A DNA stretch of 64,000 nt from the human T2T-CHM13v2.0 reference genome, Homo sapiens. The position numbers were made by a program, and so were the translations under genes. The notes under the pieces were generated by a model, which was not told the DNA's origin, did no database searches, and was given only the letters and a program-made list of their open reading frames with translations. Location: assembly GCF_009914755.1 (NCBI RefSeq), contig NC_060929.1, one strand, 5' to 3'. The stretch's first letter is position 1. Each line of letters begins with the position of its first letter. Shown piece by piece: positions 11,662-29,470 of this stretch.

Positions 11662-11752
11662 CACTCCAGCCTGGGCGACAGAGCAAGACTCTGTCTCAAA
11701 AAAAAAAAAAAAAAGAAAAAGAAAAGAAAAAAGAAAGAAAAGAAAAGAAAAG
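11662..11752 (+). mobile_element. Alu 3' end + A/GAAAA tail (continuation of the Alu at 10892-11139)
   Basis: 'cactccagcctgggcgacagagcaagactctgtctc' followed by poly(A). Confidence 0.92.
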
Positions 11753-12428
11753 AATGTCCTATCTCTATTGATTTAATATGGAGGAGAGGACTCAAAAGCT
11801 TAGAAAAAGAATAATGTTAAAATTGAGTTTGTTATTTAAGACATATTCATCCACACTGGGAGGGCCCAGAAGACATAATTTCATGAATACTTTGATAAAT
11901 AAATTGGTGAGGGGACCCCAACATCCTTAATGAGTTCAGTGATCACTCTTCTATGTAGGCCAGACCCTGCAATAAGAACTGGAAACACTTAATTAGAAAA
12001 CCTAACTTCAATAATTAGACATTGGAGGGCCAGGGGCCAAGTGGCAGCACCCAACCTCCAAAGTTAATGTGAGTGTGGTTACTGTGATGGATAACGAAGT
12101 CAAAAAAGCTATCAAAATTGTCTCACCCATAGACCTCTGGCATTGGCCAGTTAATTATGGCATTCCGGGAAGTGAGAAAAATAGGAAGACTACTAAATTT
12201 GTACTTTATCTGTACGAGCAGAAAACTTTTAGGCCAAGCAAACAGAAGTCTAACACAAATGATAAAACAGAGAGTCGCAGACTTTCAGTGTTCAGATTTG
12301 AACCAGTTTACAGAGCCAGAACCCCTTGAATGAAGCAAAGGGGAGGCTGGGTTTCCTCATTGAAGAACCCTGGAAAACGACCAAAAATAATAACTTATAC
12401 AGTTAATCTTTCTTCCATCCTTCCCCAA
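11753..12428 (+). mobile_element. ERVL internal gag to gag/pro junction fragment (decayed)
   Basis: 'catccacactgggagggcccagaagacata', 'caggggccaagtggcagcac', 'gacctctggcattggc', 'ccagaaccccttgaatga'. ORF 12069 contains DLWHW.VNYGIP.SE, resembling ERVL Gag. Confidence 0.9.
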
Positions 12429-12551
12429 CACATACACGCACACATACACACACACACATATGCGCGCGCGCGCAATTTTTTTTCTTTTTTCTTTTTTTCT
12501 CTTTCTTCTTTTTCTTTTTCTTTTTTCCTCTGGAGAACCCTGACAAATACA
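12429..12551 (+). mobile_element. MLT2 LTR 3' tip with compound (CA)n-(CG)n-(T/C)n tract
   Basis: Ends 'cctctggagaaccctgacaaataca', the typical MLT2 terminus; MLT2 LTRs carry a microsatellite just upstream of this. Confidence 0.7.
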
Positions 12552-13813
12552 ACCATCAAACTATCAAATCCGAAGGCTGCAACTTCTGACTCTGCTTTCA
12601 TCTCCTGTTCAATATTTGCACTCTGCTTCTCATATATAACTTATTTAAAATATTCCACGTACTATTCTGCCTCTCATTCATAGCCTTAGGATAGTTATTT
12701 GTTCAAAAGTTACATGTTCCTATTTCATAATCTTTGGTGTACTGTTTACAGAAGTGTTTTGCATAAGACGCAGTTAAAAAGAGTTTTTTTTCTCTGTAAG
12801 AAATGAATAAAAATGTAAAACACCTCCTGAAATAAATATTTACTATCTTAGCATAGTTTATCAATTACTACATCAAATATATGATATTGTTTTAAAGTTC
12901 AAAGATGTAGCAATTTTCTGAATAGATGCTCTCAAAATGAATTATTATTTGTTTCTCTCGGTGTTTTATTATTATTATGGTTGTAAAGTTATAAAACAAA
13001 TTCAATTCTAAAGCAGAAAGTCAAGAAATAAAACAATGTTAAATGAATTATCATATTAGAGCACAATGCAAAGATGAAATATTTAAAAGCTTAAGATATT
13101 TTAATAACTATAAAATGTATTTAGATACATCTTAATAATAAATTGTATTACATAAATAATTGAATGCATCACAACTAAAGAGACTAAAATTAGGTGTATT
13201 TTAAATTAATAAAAAGATAGTGTGTGTGTATTTGTGTGTATTTTTGCAATATTATTATTAAGAGCTATTCAAAGTTTTCAAAGAGAAATTATAATTTATT
13301 TTCAATCATCAAAGATAAGTTAAAAATAGAAAAATATATTTACATGAAATATGTCTCCAATATTCCCATATAATTTTGTATTTTAACTTATCTTACATTT
13401 TATTTTTATATTTAAAACCCAATGTAATTTTAAATTTTTAAAACTTAAATTTTAGTGTTGATATACAGAAAATAAATTTCACGGTGACTATGAATACATT
13501 ATCTTTACTAAAATAAATAGCTATTAACAACTTACCAGTTATATTTTATTGTATAAAATTCACACAATAAAGTTTATAAAATGTAAATATGTTTCTAACA
13601 CGATTAAAAATTCTCAGTGAAAACACCACACAGGTGGATAAAGAGAACACTGCCAGTGCCTCCCTCCCTTTAAGAATATCCTTCCTCCTATTCCAAAATA
13701 ACTATTTAAATTTCAGTTAAATATTTTTAAATTTTAAAAATAACTTATGATTCTAAAAGCAATGGTCTTTTGTGAATTTTCCAACTTTTAAAAAATATAA
13801 CCTGCCCTTATGA

Positions 13814-17000
<3,187 letters not shown>

Positions 17001-17837
17001 CTATTTTATTCTAAAAATTTTGTTTAAGTTCCATCTACACAGATGCTTGCAACTTTATTTCCTTCATTTTTTCATTTTTCCAGCTCTGTAATTTTCCATT
17101 ATATGAATAGATCACAACATATTTATCAATTATATTAGCATATATTTCTTTGACACTTTTTTCCTACCCGTGCTTTTTAAATTAACAACAGTGCTGTTAC
17201 TGACATTTTGAGGTAATGTACATCCCCTGATAGATATAAAACTACTGATTTAAGAAAATACAACATAATAGTAGGTCAGGATATCTGGTAGGGACTGTCC
17301 CTTAACATGTTTTGTGTTTTCACCAGTGTCTTGGCTTTAATTTAATTCTTGCTCTTCCATAAAAAAAATAATATCCAGCCTCTTAATCTCTTCTAAAAGC
17401 CCTGTTGGAATTCTTTTTTACATGTATTTTAATGTCATCCAGGTAGAAATTCTGTTGTTCATGCTGTGAAGATTAGGGATGGATCTCAGGGAATCCTTTT
17501 TTCCTGCCATGTTGCTTAGGATAGGGTAGAGTATGTTCATTCCATCTTTGGATGACCTCTCCCAATTGCCACTCTAAGTTGTTTTACAGATGTCAACATT
17601 ATCAACCATGTATGAAAGTTGCCACTGCTTCAATAATCCAAATTTAAAATGGTATCTCATGTAGATGAATTGGAATTTCCTTGACAACTGGTTAATAGCG
17701 AGTTGTCTGTGTTGTGGTTTTTCTAGAAAACGTCCGATCATAGGTTTTGCCCAAGTTTGCTCAAATTGTGATAGAATCATTTGCTTTTTAAAAATTTGTC
17801 TTGAATCACTGCATTTTATTTATTTTTGGAATTTTTA

Positions 17838-18294
17838 AATATAGTTTAGATATTCATCGCCTCCAAATCTCATGTTAAAATTTGATCCCCATTGTTAGAA
17901 GTAGGGCCTGCTGGGAGGAATATGGATCATGGGGGCAGATCACTCATGAATGATTTGGTGCTGTCTTTGTGGTATTGAGTGTGTTCTCACTCCAAGTTCC
18001 CATGAGATCCAGTTGTTAAAAGAATCAGGCATATCCCTCCTCTCTCTTGCTTCCTTTTTTTCACCCTGTGATACCTGCTCCCCTTCACCTTCTGCCGTGA
18101 GAGGAGGATCCCTGAAGCCCTCACCAAAAGCAGGTGGTGGTACCATGCTTCTTATACAGCCCATGGAACTATGGGTTCTTACACAGCCATGCTTCTTATA
18201 CAGCCTATAGAACTATGAAACAAATAAACCTCTTTTCTGTATAAATTACCAAGCCTCAGGTGTTCTTTTTTAGAAACACAAATGGCTTAAGACA
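17838..18294 (+). mobile_element. MSTB-like MaLR solo LTR with internal duplication
   Basis: 'ccaaatctcatgttaaaa', 'ggatcatgggggcagatc', 'aataaacctcttttc', 'aaattaccaagcctcagg', ends 'aagaca'. Confidence 0.9.
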
Positions 18295-19529
18295 ATTTGT
18301 AGCAATGTTTCTCTATGATTTCTCAGTTTACTTTGTTCAGAATATCACATGGTTACTTTGCTATTAAAACATTTAGTATTAATTTATTCACAATTTTGAA
18401 CTTTTTCTTTGTAGTTTGCACTTTTCTGTCTTAAGAAAACCTTCCCTAATTATAGCTTTTCTTTTACATTTTTTCACATATTTCAAATTTTGTTCTTACA
18501 TTTTGGAAGAACCTCTAATTTATTGCTGCATGTATTGTAAACTAGGAACCTACGTTTAAAAAAATCTGGATAACTGCTTGTCTATCAAAATTATTTACTT
18601 ATCAGTTGAAATATCAATTCCACAAGTTATTATATTTTTATTGTGTAGTACAGTTTCTAATTTCATATTATTATTTTAATGCTAATCAATTTAATTACTA
18701 TAATATTTCAGCAAGCCTTGATATATGTTCAGTTATTCATGCCCTCTTATAATTGGGAACCAAACTCACTAATTCTTTATAATTCATAAGTTAATATTTC
18801 ACTTTATTCCTTCTTTTCCACTTAAGGGGGATTTGGGGAAAATAATATTAGCACAGGCAAAAGTGGCATACAATTATATTTAAATAGAAGTATACATATA
18901 CAGGTTATTTTAAAATCTGCCTTTCAGTGAGATATAAACATCATCTTATATCATGAGATATAACTTTAAATCATAGCTTTAATGTGTAGTATAATATTAG
19001 AACATAGGCAATACTTTTAATGTCTTTTTTGAATATTAAAATTGTTAAACAAATTTTTATTTAAATATTGCTACAGTACTATCATTTAAAACTCTTGGCA
19101 GTAAAAATCACAATATTAATTAGGTGTATAAATAATTTGGATATTTTTCAGCACTGTTGTATTCTGTAAGTCAGCATTTTAAATATACATTATCACATGG
19201 ACAAATTATTCCAAGAATGTCCTGATTCATCTCTACACTTGACACTTGACTCGCATCTAACTCATTCATATGTACATACATACACACGTATCACGCGTGT
19301 ATATATAGAGATATAGACATAGATAGATATAGATATATGAGGTAATGTCACAGCTTTTCCTAAAACCTACATCTTGTTATTTTGTCTTTTTTAAAATCCA
19401 AACCCCATTTTCTGACTGCAAATACATATATTAGATGAAGTTTATATCTTACTGAGAAACAAATTTAAAATAACTATGTTATCTGATTCCTACTGTCCTC
19501 CTTGATCACTTCTCAGGTTCTCTGCCTTA

Positions 19530-19902
19530 CTAACTACTATAGTTTTATTTTTCAGAAAATGTAATGCATCATTACGTATCTTCTTTAATCCCCATGTATT
19601 CAATGCTCATCCTCCAAAATTTCATGATTACTTCTTTCTTGTCATTCAAAGCTCAGCTCAAAATTTAAACATGAAAGTTACTTTGACCACTCTACTACAT
19701 TAGGCACTCTCACAATTTTCTATGATGTTAGCCTCTCCCATGTTTACTAATAGCATTAATGTACATTTAAGTCATTTTGTTTAATATGTGCATATTATTT
19801 CCTGTCTCCAATAATAGAGTAAGCTCTTTGCTTATTTATTGATGTAGCTCTGTGTATAAATACCTAATATACACTCAATATTGAAAAACTATTTTGATGA
19901 AT
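19530..19902 (+). mobile_element. L2 3' fragment
   Basis: 'tcattcaaagctcagctcaaa', 'ctttgaccactcta', 'tagagtaagctc', 'ctcaata...tgatgaat' resemble the L2 3' end. Confidence 0.55.
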
Positions 19903-20034
19903 CAAAATATTATATTACCCAGCCCTAAAAATGTCAAGATAATTCTTCCTTCATGGTTCATGGTACCCTTTGCTGTATGGTAATAAAAATGAGTACAAAA
20001 GAAGCAAACAAACAAACTATATATAGTAGCATGC

Positions 20035-20414
20035 TGCTATAGTTTGAATGTTTGCGCTCCCTACAAAATTCATGTTGAAACTCAATCCCCAATGCAGCAG
20101 TATTAAGAGGCTGGTGTTTTAGAAGGTGATTAGGCCGTGAAGGGAGAGCCCTCATGGATGAAATTAGTGCCTTATTAAAGGGTTGGAGACAATTGGCTAG
20201 ACCCTTTTGTCCTCCTTTCCTTCTGCCATGTAAGAACACAGCATTCAAGACAGAATCTTAAAAGCAGACATCAGCCCTCACCAGACCCAAAACCTACAAA
20301 CACCTAGTTCTTGAACTTTCCAGGCTCTAGAACTGTGAGAAACAAATTTCCATTATTTGTAAATTACTCAGTCTCAGATATTTTATTATAACAGCAAAAC
20401 CAGATTGGGAGGCA
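20035..20414 (+). mobile_element. MSTC/MSTD-like MaLR solo LTR
   Basis: Starts 'tgctatagtttgaatgttt'; 'agccctcatggatgaaattagtgcctt'; 'ctagaactgtgagaaacaaatttc...aaattactcagtctcag'. Confidence 0.88.
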
Positions 20415-22458
20415 TGCAAGATACCACTGGCAAATGACAGGTGGAAGTGATGCGATGTTGACTTGATAACCTCCCAGAACACTCTTCACTCTCATGTTGC
20501 CTTTAATGCTGCCCCTCTTCCTACACTGATGCAGAAGATGCAACATATGATAAATGACAAAAAAGGAAAATGTTGATAGATTTTGTATAGTAGGTAACAC
20601 ATATCCCTTAACTGAAAACAAGAACAGCATTAAGGTTCAAATAATAAGGAATGGACTTAGCTGTTAATATTGGAGATACATAGATATAGATTATTCAAAA
20701 AATGGGTAAGAATAAGTCATTTAAACTAGTCATTATTTCACTACCACGTCAATGAATACTTACTCATCACTGGCAATTCTTTCCTATGAAAGAGGAACAG
20801 ATGCTGTGTGGAGATTGTATATTGATTGAGATCACTTAAGTTGAGTAAAGAGAAGAAAGGTGGTCTAACAATTAAAAATTATTCTAAAATGAATTTCATA
20901 AAAAAGTATCAAGTATTTTAAACAAATACAAAAATTTAAATTATGATACAAATTTCAAATACATATGCTGCCTTACAGTATATCTATAATATGTGTTATC
21001 CATTCACAGTTACATGCACATAACTACATATATATAAGCACACTATATATATGCATAAGTACATATATAATTCATCAATGGATAATCTCTAGTACTATAA
21101 ACCAAATCCACATCCATATTGATTACTATATAGTTTCACAGGAGAGGAAAAACTACTTAGAACAATAAATGAAAATATTAGCATAGACTCTTCCCTGTAT
21201 TGTGAGTTAATGGAGAATGACTTTTAAAGATTCATAGACTTGTACTTGTGCACTTTCTATATTTTTATTAATTTGTATTAGTTTTAAAAATACTTTTTAT
21301 GTAAAATTAGAAAAGATGTTTAATGTAAAATAACATGAAATATAATCCTAAGCCTTAATACTTTTGTTTATTTCAGCATGTGTATTGCATTGACAAATTT
21401 TGCCAAAATAACAAATTGTTATGTATAGTAAGCTTTGTAAGCTGAGGGAGATGTTTGTAAAATGTCATTTGATTTTTATTGAATAGAAATAAAAATCCAG
21501 CACAGCTAAACTAAATATCCACACTGACCCTGAATAATGAGACTGATTTAGATTTATCTAATATATTTTATATCATAAATTGTCACAGATTCTGGTTAGG
21601 GAGTTTATTTATGTGAGCAACGGTTTTATTTAAATCAATTACTGACCTTATGACACCAACCAGCTTGATAATACAGCCAAAAAGAAAGATAAAAATTTTT
21701 TACCCTTAGATTGATTCATCAAGGGAGATATAGTGGAAATATAATCACACAAATCATCATCATCATGATACCTGTGATAAAGAGACATCATAGTTGCTAT
21801 ATGAGGGGAAGAGGGAAATGAGGAGCAAACCCACTATTTGGATGTGATATTTAATCTAGGACCTGAACCCTGTTAATAAATTAAATGTTAATATATGGCT
21901 TCTAATAATTGCCACTTCAAAATACATAGATGAGGATGAAATATAAACAAATACAGACAGATCTATAGATATATATGGAATTCACTGTAAATGTATACTA
22001 TTTTTTTAAATTGCCAATGTGTATCTTATTTTTTAGTTAAAACGGTACAGAAAAATTGTACTGTTTCTCCATATACTTTGTGCCTTAACTGATATACGAT
22101 GACTATAAATAGAAAAGTAGGATATGGAATAAATTACATGTTTTTGTTTGTGTTTCTGGTCTACAATAGCAAATCTAGAAATTCATACTATGTTTATTCA
22201 TATATATGTACATATATACACATGTGCAATTGAGAAATCAACTAAGCTATGCAAAATATATTCAAAATTATAAATTCTTACCTAATATAATAAGTGAAAG
22301 CTTTTCTAATAAATAATACTAGGTTAGAAATATATAATATCTATTTAATAAGTCACTAGAAAGTCAATAATTTAGTCTCATATTTGACTATTTTAAGAAA
22401 ATATATATTTACAGATTAATATTAATTAATACAACTGCATTTAAACAATTAAGCTTCT

Positions 22459-22785
<327 letters not shown>

Positions 22786-24831
22786 AATTAAGCTTCTTAA
22801 TTTCTCCCAAATAGTGAATAATGAAATGAACTATTCTTTTATTGCACAGATCCTTTGCTTTTCTACCTTGAAAATACTACATTGCACACTTTATTAGGTA
22901 AAAACAAAGGTTGCATTTCAGAGAAGATACATTCACAAGGACATACACAGGGCATCTCCTTAGTATGCCTCACTGCAAGGCACCTGTATCTCAAAAACAA
23001 TACCTAAATCGAAAATTACTGTGCATTAAGAAAACATACACTTTTAGTCACTCTAAAATCACTGTACCCTCTAGATGATAGCAATTTTCAAGATTCTTTT
23101 TGTTGCATTTCTCAACCTGTTCCTTGTAAATGTAATCATCAAAATAACAAGCATCTCTTCTCCTTATTTGCAGCATGCGGTCTAAAACCTTTAAAAACTA
23201 AAACAAAATGCTAGGAAGCTTGAACTCCATCCAGTTTATGGACTAGGTTGCGTGAACACAAAACTGTTCTAGCAGTTCTAGCTTCCTGGTGTTTTGTTAT
23301 TTTAAAAATAATGGTATTGTTGGTATTGAATATTGAATAAATAACTGATGTGTGAAAACATTTGGTCTGAACTTTGACATAACCTAGTATTGAAGTGGTG
23401 GAGGAATCATTAACTCCCACTTTGTCTTATAATGGATTTCTAACTATTTCAAAAAAAATAAATTAACTGTTTATATCCTCATTAGCTATAGAAATTTGCA
23501 AAACTATCTTCCTTCCCATGGAACTGGCCCCCTGTCTTTTGCCCCCTATAGCCATGGATAAGATGAAGTGGGCAGTAGCATCCTCCCAGAGCTGAAAAGC
23601 ACTACCTAAAGAGAGAGTCAGGGAGCTTGAGGAGATCCTTGTATGCTGAGTGTCTCAGGCTTGTAATGATAGTTTGGATTGCTTTGGATACCTGTCCCAT
23701 CAACCCAGGGGAATTTTTCTCTTAGACCTTTCAGAAACTCCCTCAAAATAACAGCTTCCATCTTGGACACTGAAAAACAATGAGATTAATCAGCAACTTG
23801 ATCAATATGGGTGGCTTCTTAATTAAATTTTCCAGTTTTAGGAAGTTTTTTTTCCATTTCTAAAATACGTTCTTAATGTATGTGTCATAAAAATGTACTT
23901 TGCTCTTAAGTTTTATGTTAGTATTTAAATATAACTTTAAAAATTAATTTATAACTTTTTTACATGCCTGAGTAGTTTCATAAAAGAATATTTTTTAAAA
24001 TTTACCAAATATTATGCATTCTGTGTGTAATTTTTTGGGTGTATGCTTACTTATTTAAGAATTACTCTATTTGATAAAATAAAAATTACCCATGATTACT
24101 TCTGTGTTTTTAATCTGGAACTTAAAATATAGTGATGACATATTTTACAGTCAATTGGATGTGCTTTTATATATACTATAACTATTTTATGGAAGAAATG
24201 TTAAATGAGTGTTCATAAAAAGTACGTACCCTACCTATTTACATATAGAATAAAAGTGATACACTATGATATTCTTTCAAATAATTTTGTCCCTGATGAT
24301 ATATAGCAGATGCACCTAGAGTAAAAGATGAGACCTCACATGAAGTCAAAATGGTGATCAGTTTTGACATACTTTTTTAGGGACAGATGATACTAGGGCA
24401 AGCTTAAATTTCTCTTTGTTTTGCATACTATATAAAAAATCTGTAATTTAAAGAATTTAACACAGAGGTTCATCTCAGTGAATAATTAAACATTCTGTTA
24501 GGTCATCATTTGATTCTGAACATATCTTAATAAGGAAAATTGGTAATTTGTCACAAATATTATGGCACAATAGATTTTGTTTTCATAATAATGATTAATT
24601 AGAGGAGGGTTGTTTTTGGTGAAATAGTATGTAATTCAAGAACAAATACTTATGTTAATCAGAAAAGAATATTACGTCTGTGTATACAATATGTGAGGAA
24701 AGAGCCAAAGTAATAGAGTTAGAAAACCTGTGGTTTTTAGATATGACTTACGCTAATGTGCACTGAGATTTAGGTGTGACAATGATGTTGAGAATAATTA
24801 CAAATTAATATCTAATTTTATCAATTCATCA

Positions 24832-25400
24832 CATATACATTGTTTATATATGTATATGTATTTACGTATCTATATATGTTTATCTATATCTATCTATCTT
24901 CATGGTAGTACATTATACATGTATATACATATATATTATTTTTAATATAACATATATGTATATATGTATATGTATACATATAATATGTAAATAATACGTA
25001 TACATATACATATAATATATAAGTAATATGTATATACATATACATTATTTTTATATAACATATATTTATATAATGTATAATATAATATACATATATTATA
25101 TAATATATGTATACATATATTATATATACATATATATTATACATATATAATATAATATATGTATACATATATACACATATACATACATATATGTATATGT
25201 GTACATACATGTATATGCATATACATATGTATATGTATATATGTATATGTGTACATATATGTATATGCATATATATACACATATACATACATATATTCTT
25301 AATATAATGTATATGTATATACGTATACACATATATGTGTATACGTATATACATATACATTATTCTTAATATAATATACATATACATTATTCTTAAATAA
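24832..25400. repeat. Long (TA)n/(TATG)n/(TACA)n low-complexity tract
   Basis: About 570 bp of near-continuous alternating TA/TG/CA sequence; accounts for the Y/I/M-rich ORFs. Confidence 0.95.
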
Positions 25401-26221
25401 TGTACTACCACAAACATAGATAATTTGTAAACATACAAGTAAATATATAACAATGATGACTTTGTAAATATTTTATATGGAAAAGAAACTAAACAGAAGG
25501 TATCAGGTAACAGAAGGTATCCTGTTGCTTTGCCCTGCTGTAGTTTTCTTATAATGCATGCCTTTTTCAAATTATTTCATATGGTCTATTTCACAAATGG
25601 TTATTTTTTGCAAACATACTGATGGTGTGCGTTTCATTTTCCCTATGAGAGAAATGAATATTATTAGGCAATAAACACATATTTAAAATGCTCACAGATT
25701 CCATTCATTTTATTCTTGGACAAATAGAATAATGAGGGCAAGTACTTCCATGTCAATTATAGATCGTTTCATATACTGGTTGTGCTATCCACAAATCATT
25801 TTATTTTTTCACTTATTTCATACTTTTTCCAAATTATCACTTCACTTCACTTTTAATACTTTTGTTAGCTAATTTTATCCTTGAATAATCTAGCCAATCG
25901 ATGTTCCTTAAACCTGCAATATAGAATTAAAAATATATTAATTTATAATCAAAGAGAATAATTATATATACATACGTGATGGATATGTGTATCAATTATG
26001 TGCAAAACAAACCACTTCAACATTTAGTGGCTTTTATGCAACAATGATTTAAAATTTTTAAGAGTTATGGATGGATAGGCAGTTCTGTTCTGGGACAACT
26101 CTGAGTTAATTATCTAAGATAGCTATGGTGCATGTCTTAGACATTAGTTGGGTTTCGTGGAATAACACCGATTGCTATACCTCTGTCTCCATGCAGACCT
26201 TCATGTTCTCTTTTCAAGTGA

Positions 26222-26527
<306 letters not shown>

Positions 26528-26769
26528 TTTATCTTCATTTTTTGACATGTCTTCAAGCATCTCACTGAGCAAATAAAAGCTGCATGACCAACTTCCAATT
26601 CAAGAAGCAAGGAGAGAGATTCTTGTCTTGACAGAGGGGATGCTGAAATTACATTTAAAGTGGATATGCATGCAAGCATGGGAGGAATTTTGGGCATTTT
26701 TTTCAATTTATCAACAGGTCCCTGGCCAGTGATTAGTTACATTCCTCACTCTAGTGGATAATATGATCT

Positions 26770-27137
26770 GTACCTTAGATCATTCTTTAATGACAAAAGC
26801 AATCTTTCCCCTGGCTGCAGGAGAGTTTAATTCAAAAAGTTCAAAAGTTAACACCTTCCTAGGAATTGTCTTCATACTAAGAGAGTGCCTCTGCTAATAC
26901 ATCTTTCAGTGAAGGTTGCATAAGTAATCTATGGATGCTAGGCATAAAGGCTTGGCCTCATTGTCACAGCCTGGGTCAACTTCGAAGGTTTACCTCTCTT
27001 CATTTAAGTTTAAATTTTCTCTGCCTAAAGAGGTTTCTATTAGGCCACCAAAGACCTGTTTCTAAGAGCATTTACTAATAAACAACATGCAAGCAACTTC
27101 CTCAGAGTATGTTTTGTAGAACTCAATCTAAGCCACT
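26770..27137 (+). mobile_element. LTR16-like ERVL LTR fragment
   Basis: 3' end 'taataaacaacatgcaagcaacttcctcagagtatgtttt...aactcaatctaagcca' resembles LTR16. Confidence 0.55.
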
Positions 27138-27776
27138 AACCCATAAAAACATGTTCATCTTTATTTCATGAACCACCGAATTCTTTTTCAGTTTGGACAC
27201 TGGGTTTACAATTCATTATTTCACCAGCTGCATTAGGTCCAGATACAGATGAAGTTCATTGGCTGTAAGTCCTTAAGAGCATTGTTTCTTATTCCAAAGA
27301 AATGAATGAGAAAGACAAGTTATTTACCCCCCATAGATCCAACATTCAAAGTGAAGCAAAAAGAAAATAATCAACATGGATGCTTGTGTTCAAAATAGGA
27401 GAATATGAAGCAATTACAAATTCAAGGTGGATATTTAATCTGTTTCCTGGAAATTGTTTCCCAGTTCATTGATCTCTTTGGTTTTTGACTTTACCCTTTG
27501 ATGAAACTTTCACTCTGTCCACTGTAATGACCTGTGCTTTTTATACAAATGGACCGTGATTGAAGTTACTAACAGTCAATGCAACTTTATCAGTTGGATC
27601 CCATTTTGCAATTGAAACAATCTCTATGATTTAATCCAAGTCATTGCTACATCCACCTATACAACTCTCTGAAATAAACAGTGAGTTTTCTGTCAACCTT
27701 GAATACACTCCGTTTCAAAAGACACATCCAAAAAAATGTTATAAAACTGAGTTCTGTCTAGCTTAGACCACATGGC

Positions 27777-27864
27777 TAATTGTTATAGGGCAATCCCTTT
27801 AAAAGTCTTAAAAAGGTGTCTAATTGTTATACGACAATCCCTTTAAAAGTCTTAAAAGATATCT
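27777..27864. repeat. Tandem duplication, 44-bp period
   Basis: 'taattgttata.g.caatccctttaaaagtcttaaaa' at 27777 and 27821. Confidence 0.88.
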
Positions 27865-28689
27865 AAAATCTTGTCATTTTTCTAGCCTTTTCTAACAGAT
27901 TTCTTGTCATTTTTCCGCGGTGCATCTAGCGCATCTGGTGCCTGGTATCAAAACCAAACACATAATTTATGCTTTTGTTACGGCGGAATTCCCAGTTGTA
28001 GACATCAATTTATGTATTGGTTCATATTTGCTGTGAAATAAGTGACTTGAAAATACATTGGCCTAAAACAGCACTTCATAGTATTTCTCAAGAAACTTAC
28101 AGTTATCTGAGCAGTTCTTTCCATCTAGACATATGCCGACAACATAGCATTGGTTCACTTATATGTCTGGAACCTCAGATAAGATGCCTGTGAATGGCTA
28201 AGTCTTATTCTTCATATGATTGCCTAGAAGAAAGTTCCAGAAATGACAAGTTATAGTGCAAAAGCGTGTTTCAAGCCTTCACTTTTGTCATATCTGCTAA
28301 TGGTTCATTGCCCTATGCAAATTACATGGCAAATCCCAGAATCAAGTGGTGGAGAGATAGATTCCACCTTCCGAAGAAAGAAGCAGCAGCAAGTTCACAT
28401 TCTAACCTTTTAGGTATGTAGGAATGGGAGGAACTTTTGGCCACCTTTTATATCTACCAAATATGGTTTAGGAAAAAAAGATTTTCCCCTCAGTAATATT
28501 AAATTCTATATTCCTAATAACAGTGTATCTATTTATCAGAAGTTATCTTCTCTTTGCTTACAAGCGGGAAATATCATGCGCTTCTCATGCACTCTTTATT
28601 TTAGGGGCTAGAGTCATATTCTGCATGAGCAAAATTTAATTCATGATTTAATTTCAAATCTCCCCTCATATTGTATGCCTTATTTCTTT

Positions 28690-29470
28690 TAATGGCTTCA
28701 CAACCCTTCAAGGTATTTAGGCTTGAAGCCTTCAAGCTATCATCGTGTACTGCATTTTAATTCGAATAATCAGTTCCTAGATAATGCTGATTCTAGCTCT
28801 GTAATATTCCTTTCATTACTCCTTTTCTTCATATTCCCAATGCAGATGCTATTCTTCAGGACCTTATTAGCTCAATACCAGAACTGACAGAACACTGGCT
28901 ATTCTTAAATCTCTCCTTGAGAAAATGCTATCAAAATCTTTCTAAAGGAACAATATTCAAAGACCTGGGAAAATATCTAAAGACACATTTAACAACTCAG
29001 CAAATTTTTTACTACTTCACGCTGATATTAAAGGTCGCTAAAGACCCGACACAACCTTTTTTTTTTTTTTTTTTTTTTGCTTTAGATGTTTTGGCTAAAT
29101 ATATCATGGTGATTGCCTATACTTTCCCTGGGCTTGTACATAATTTGTTCCATTTCCGTTTCAGTCCTCAACAAACAAATCAAATAAAAATTTCTGGAAA
29201 TTGACCTTTTCAAATTTTAAAAATCCCATTATATTCCCACCACCATCATAACCACTATCACAAACAGATGGAAATTACTTCTCCCTCCGAACTTAAAGAG
29301 CTATTTAGGACCTTTCTTGCAGCATTAGAATTCTCAAGCTAATAATAAAAATATGTGTTTACTTGTTTGGTTGTTCTTTGAGGACAGAAATGATGTCTAC
29401 ATCTTTTACATATTCAAAAATATCTTGTGCAGTGCCTTTAAAGATGAACTTAACAAATAATGGTGGAACA
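28690..29470 (+). mobile_element. L2 fragments, highly degraded
   Basis: Pyrimidine-rich L2-like blocks ending 'ttctttgaggacagaaatgatgtc...gtgcagtgcct...aacaaataatggtggaa'. Confidence 0.5.

Noticed and set aside
10461-11752. Idea that the Alu head at 10461 and the Alu tail at 11662 are one interrupted Alu
   Set aside because: No shared TSD. The tail instead joins seamlessly, with TSD, to the inverted Alu at 10892-11139.
12069-12683. Adjacent ORFs as a domesticated ERVL gag gene
   Set aside because: Short, frameshifted and stop-interrupted; upstream gag is inverted and the second ORF runs into microsatellite.
24890-25570. Longest ORF (226 aa, minus strand) and overlapping Y/I/M-rich ORFs
   Set aside because: Translation of a TA/TG low-complexity tract; no domain-like content.
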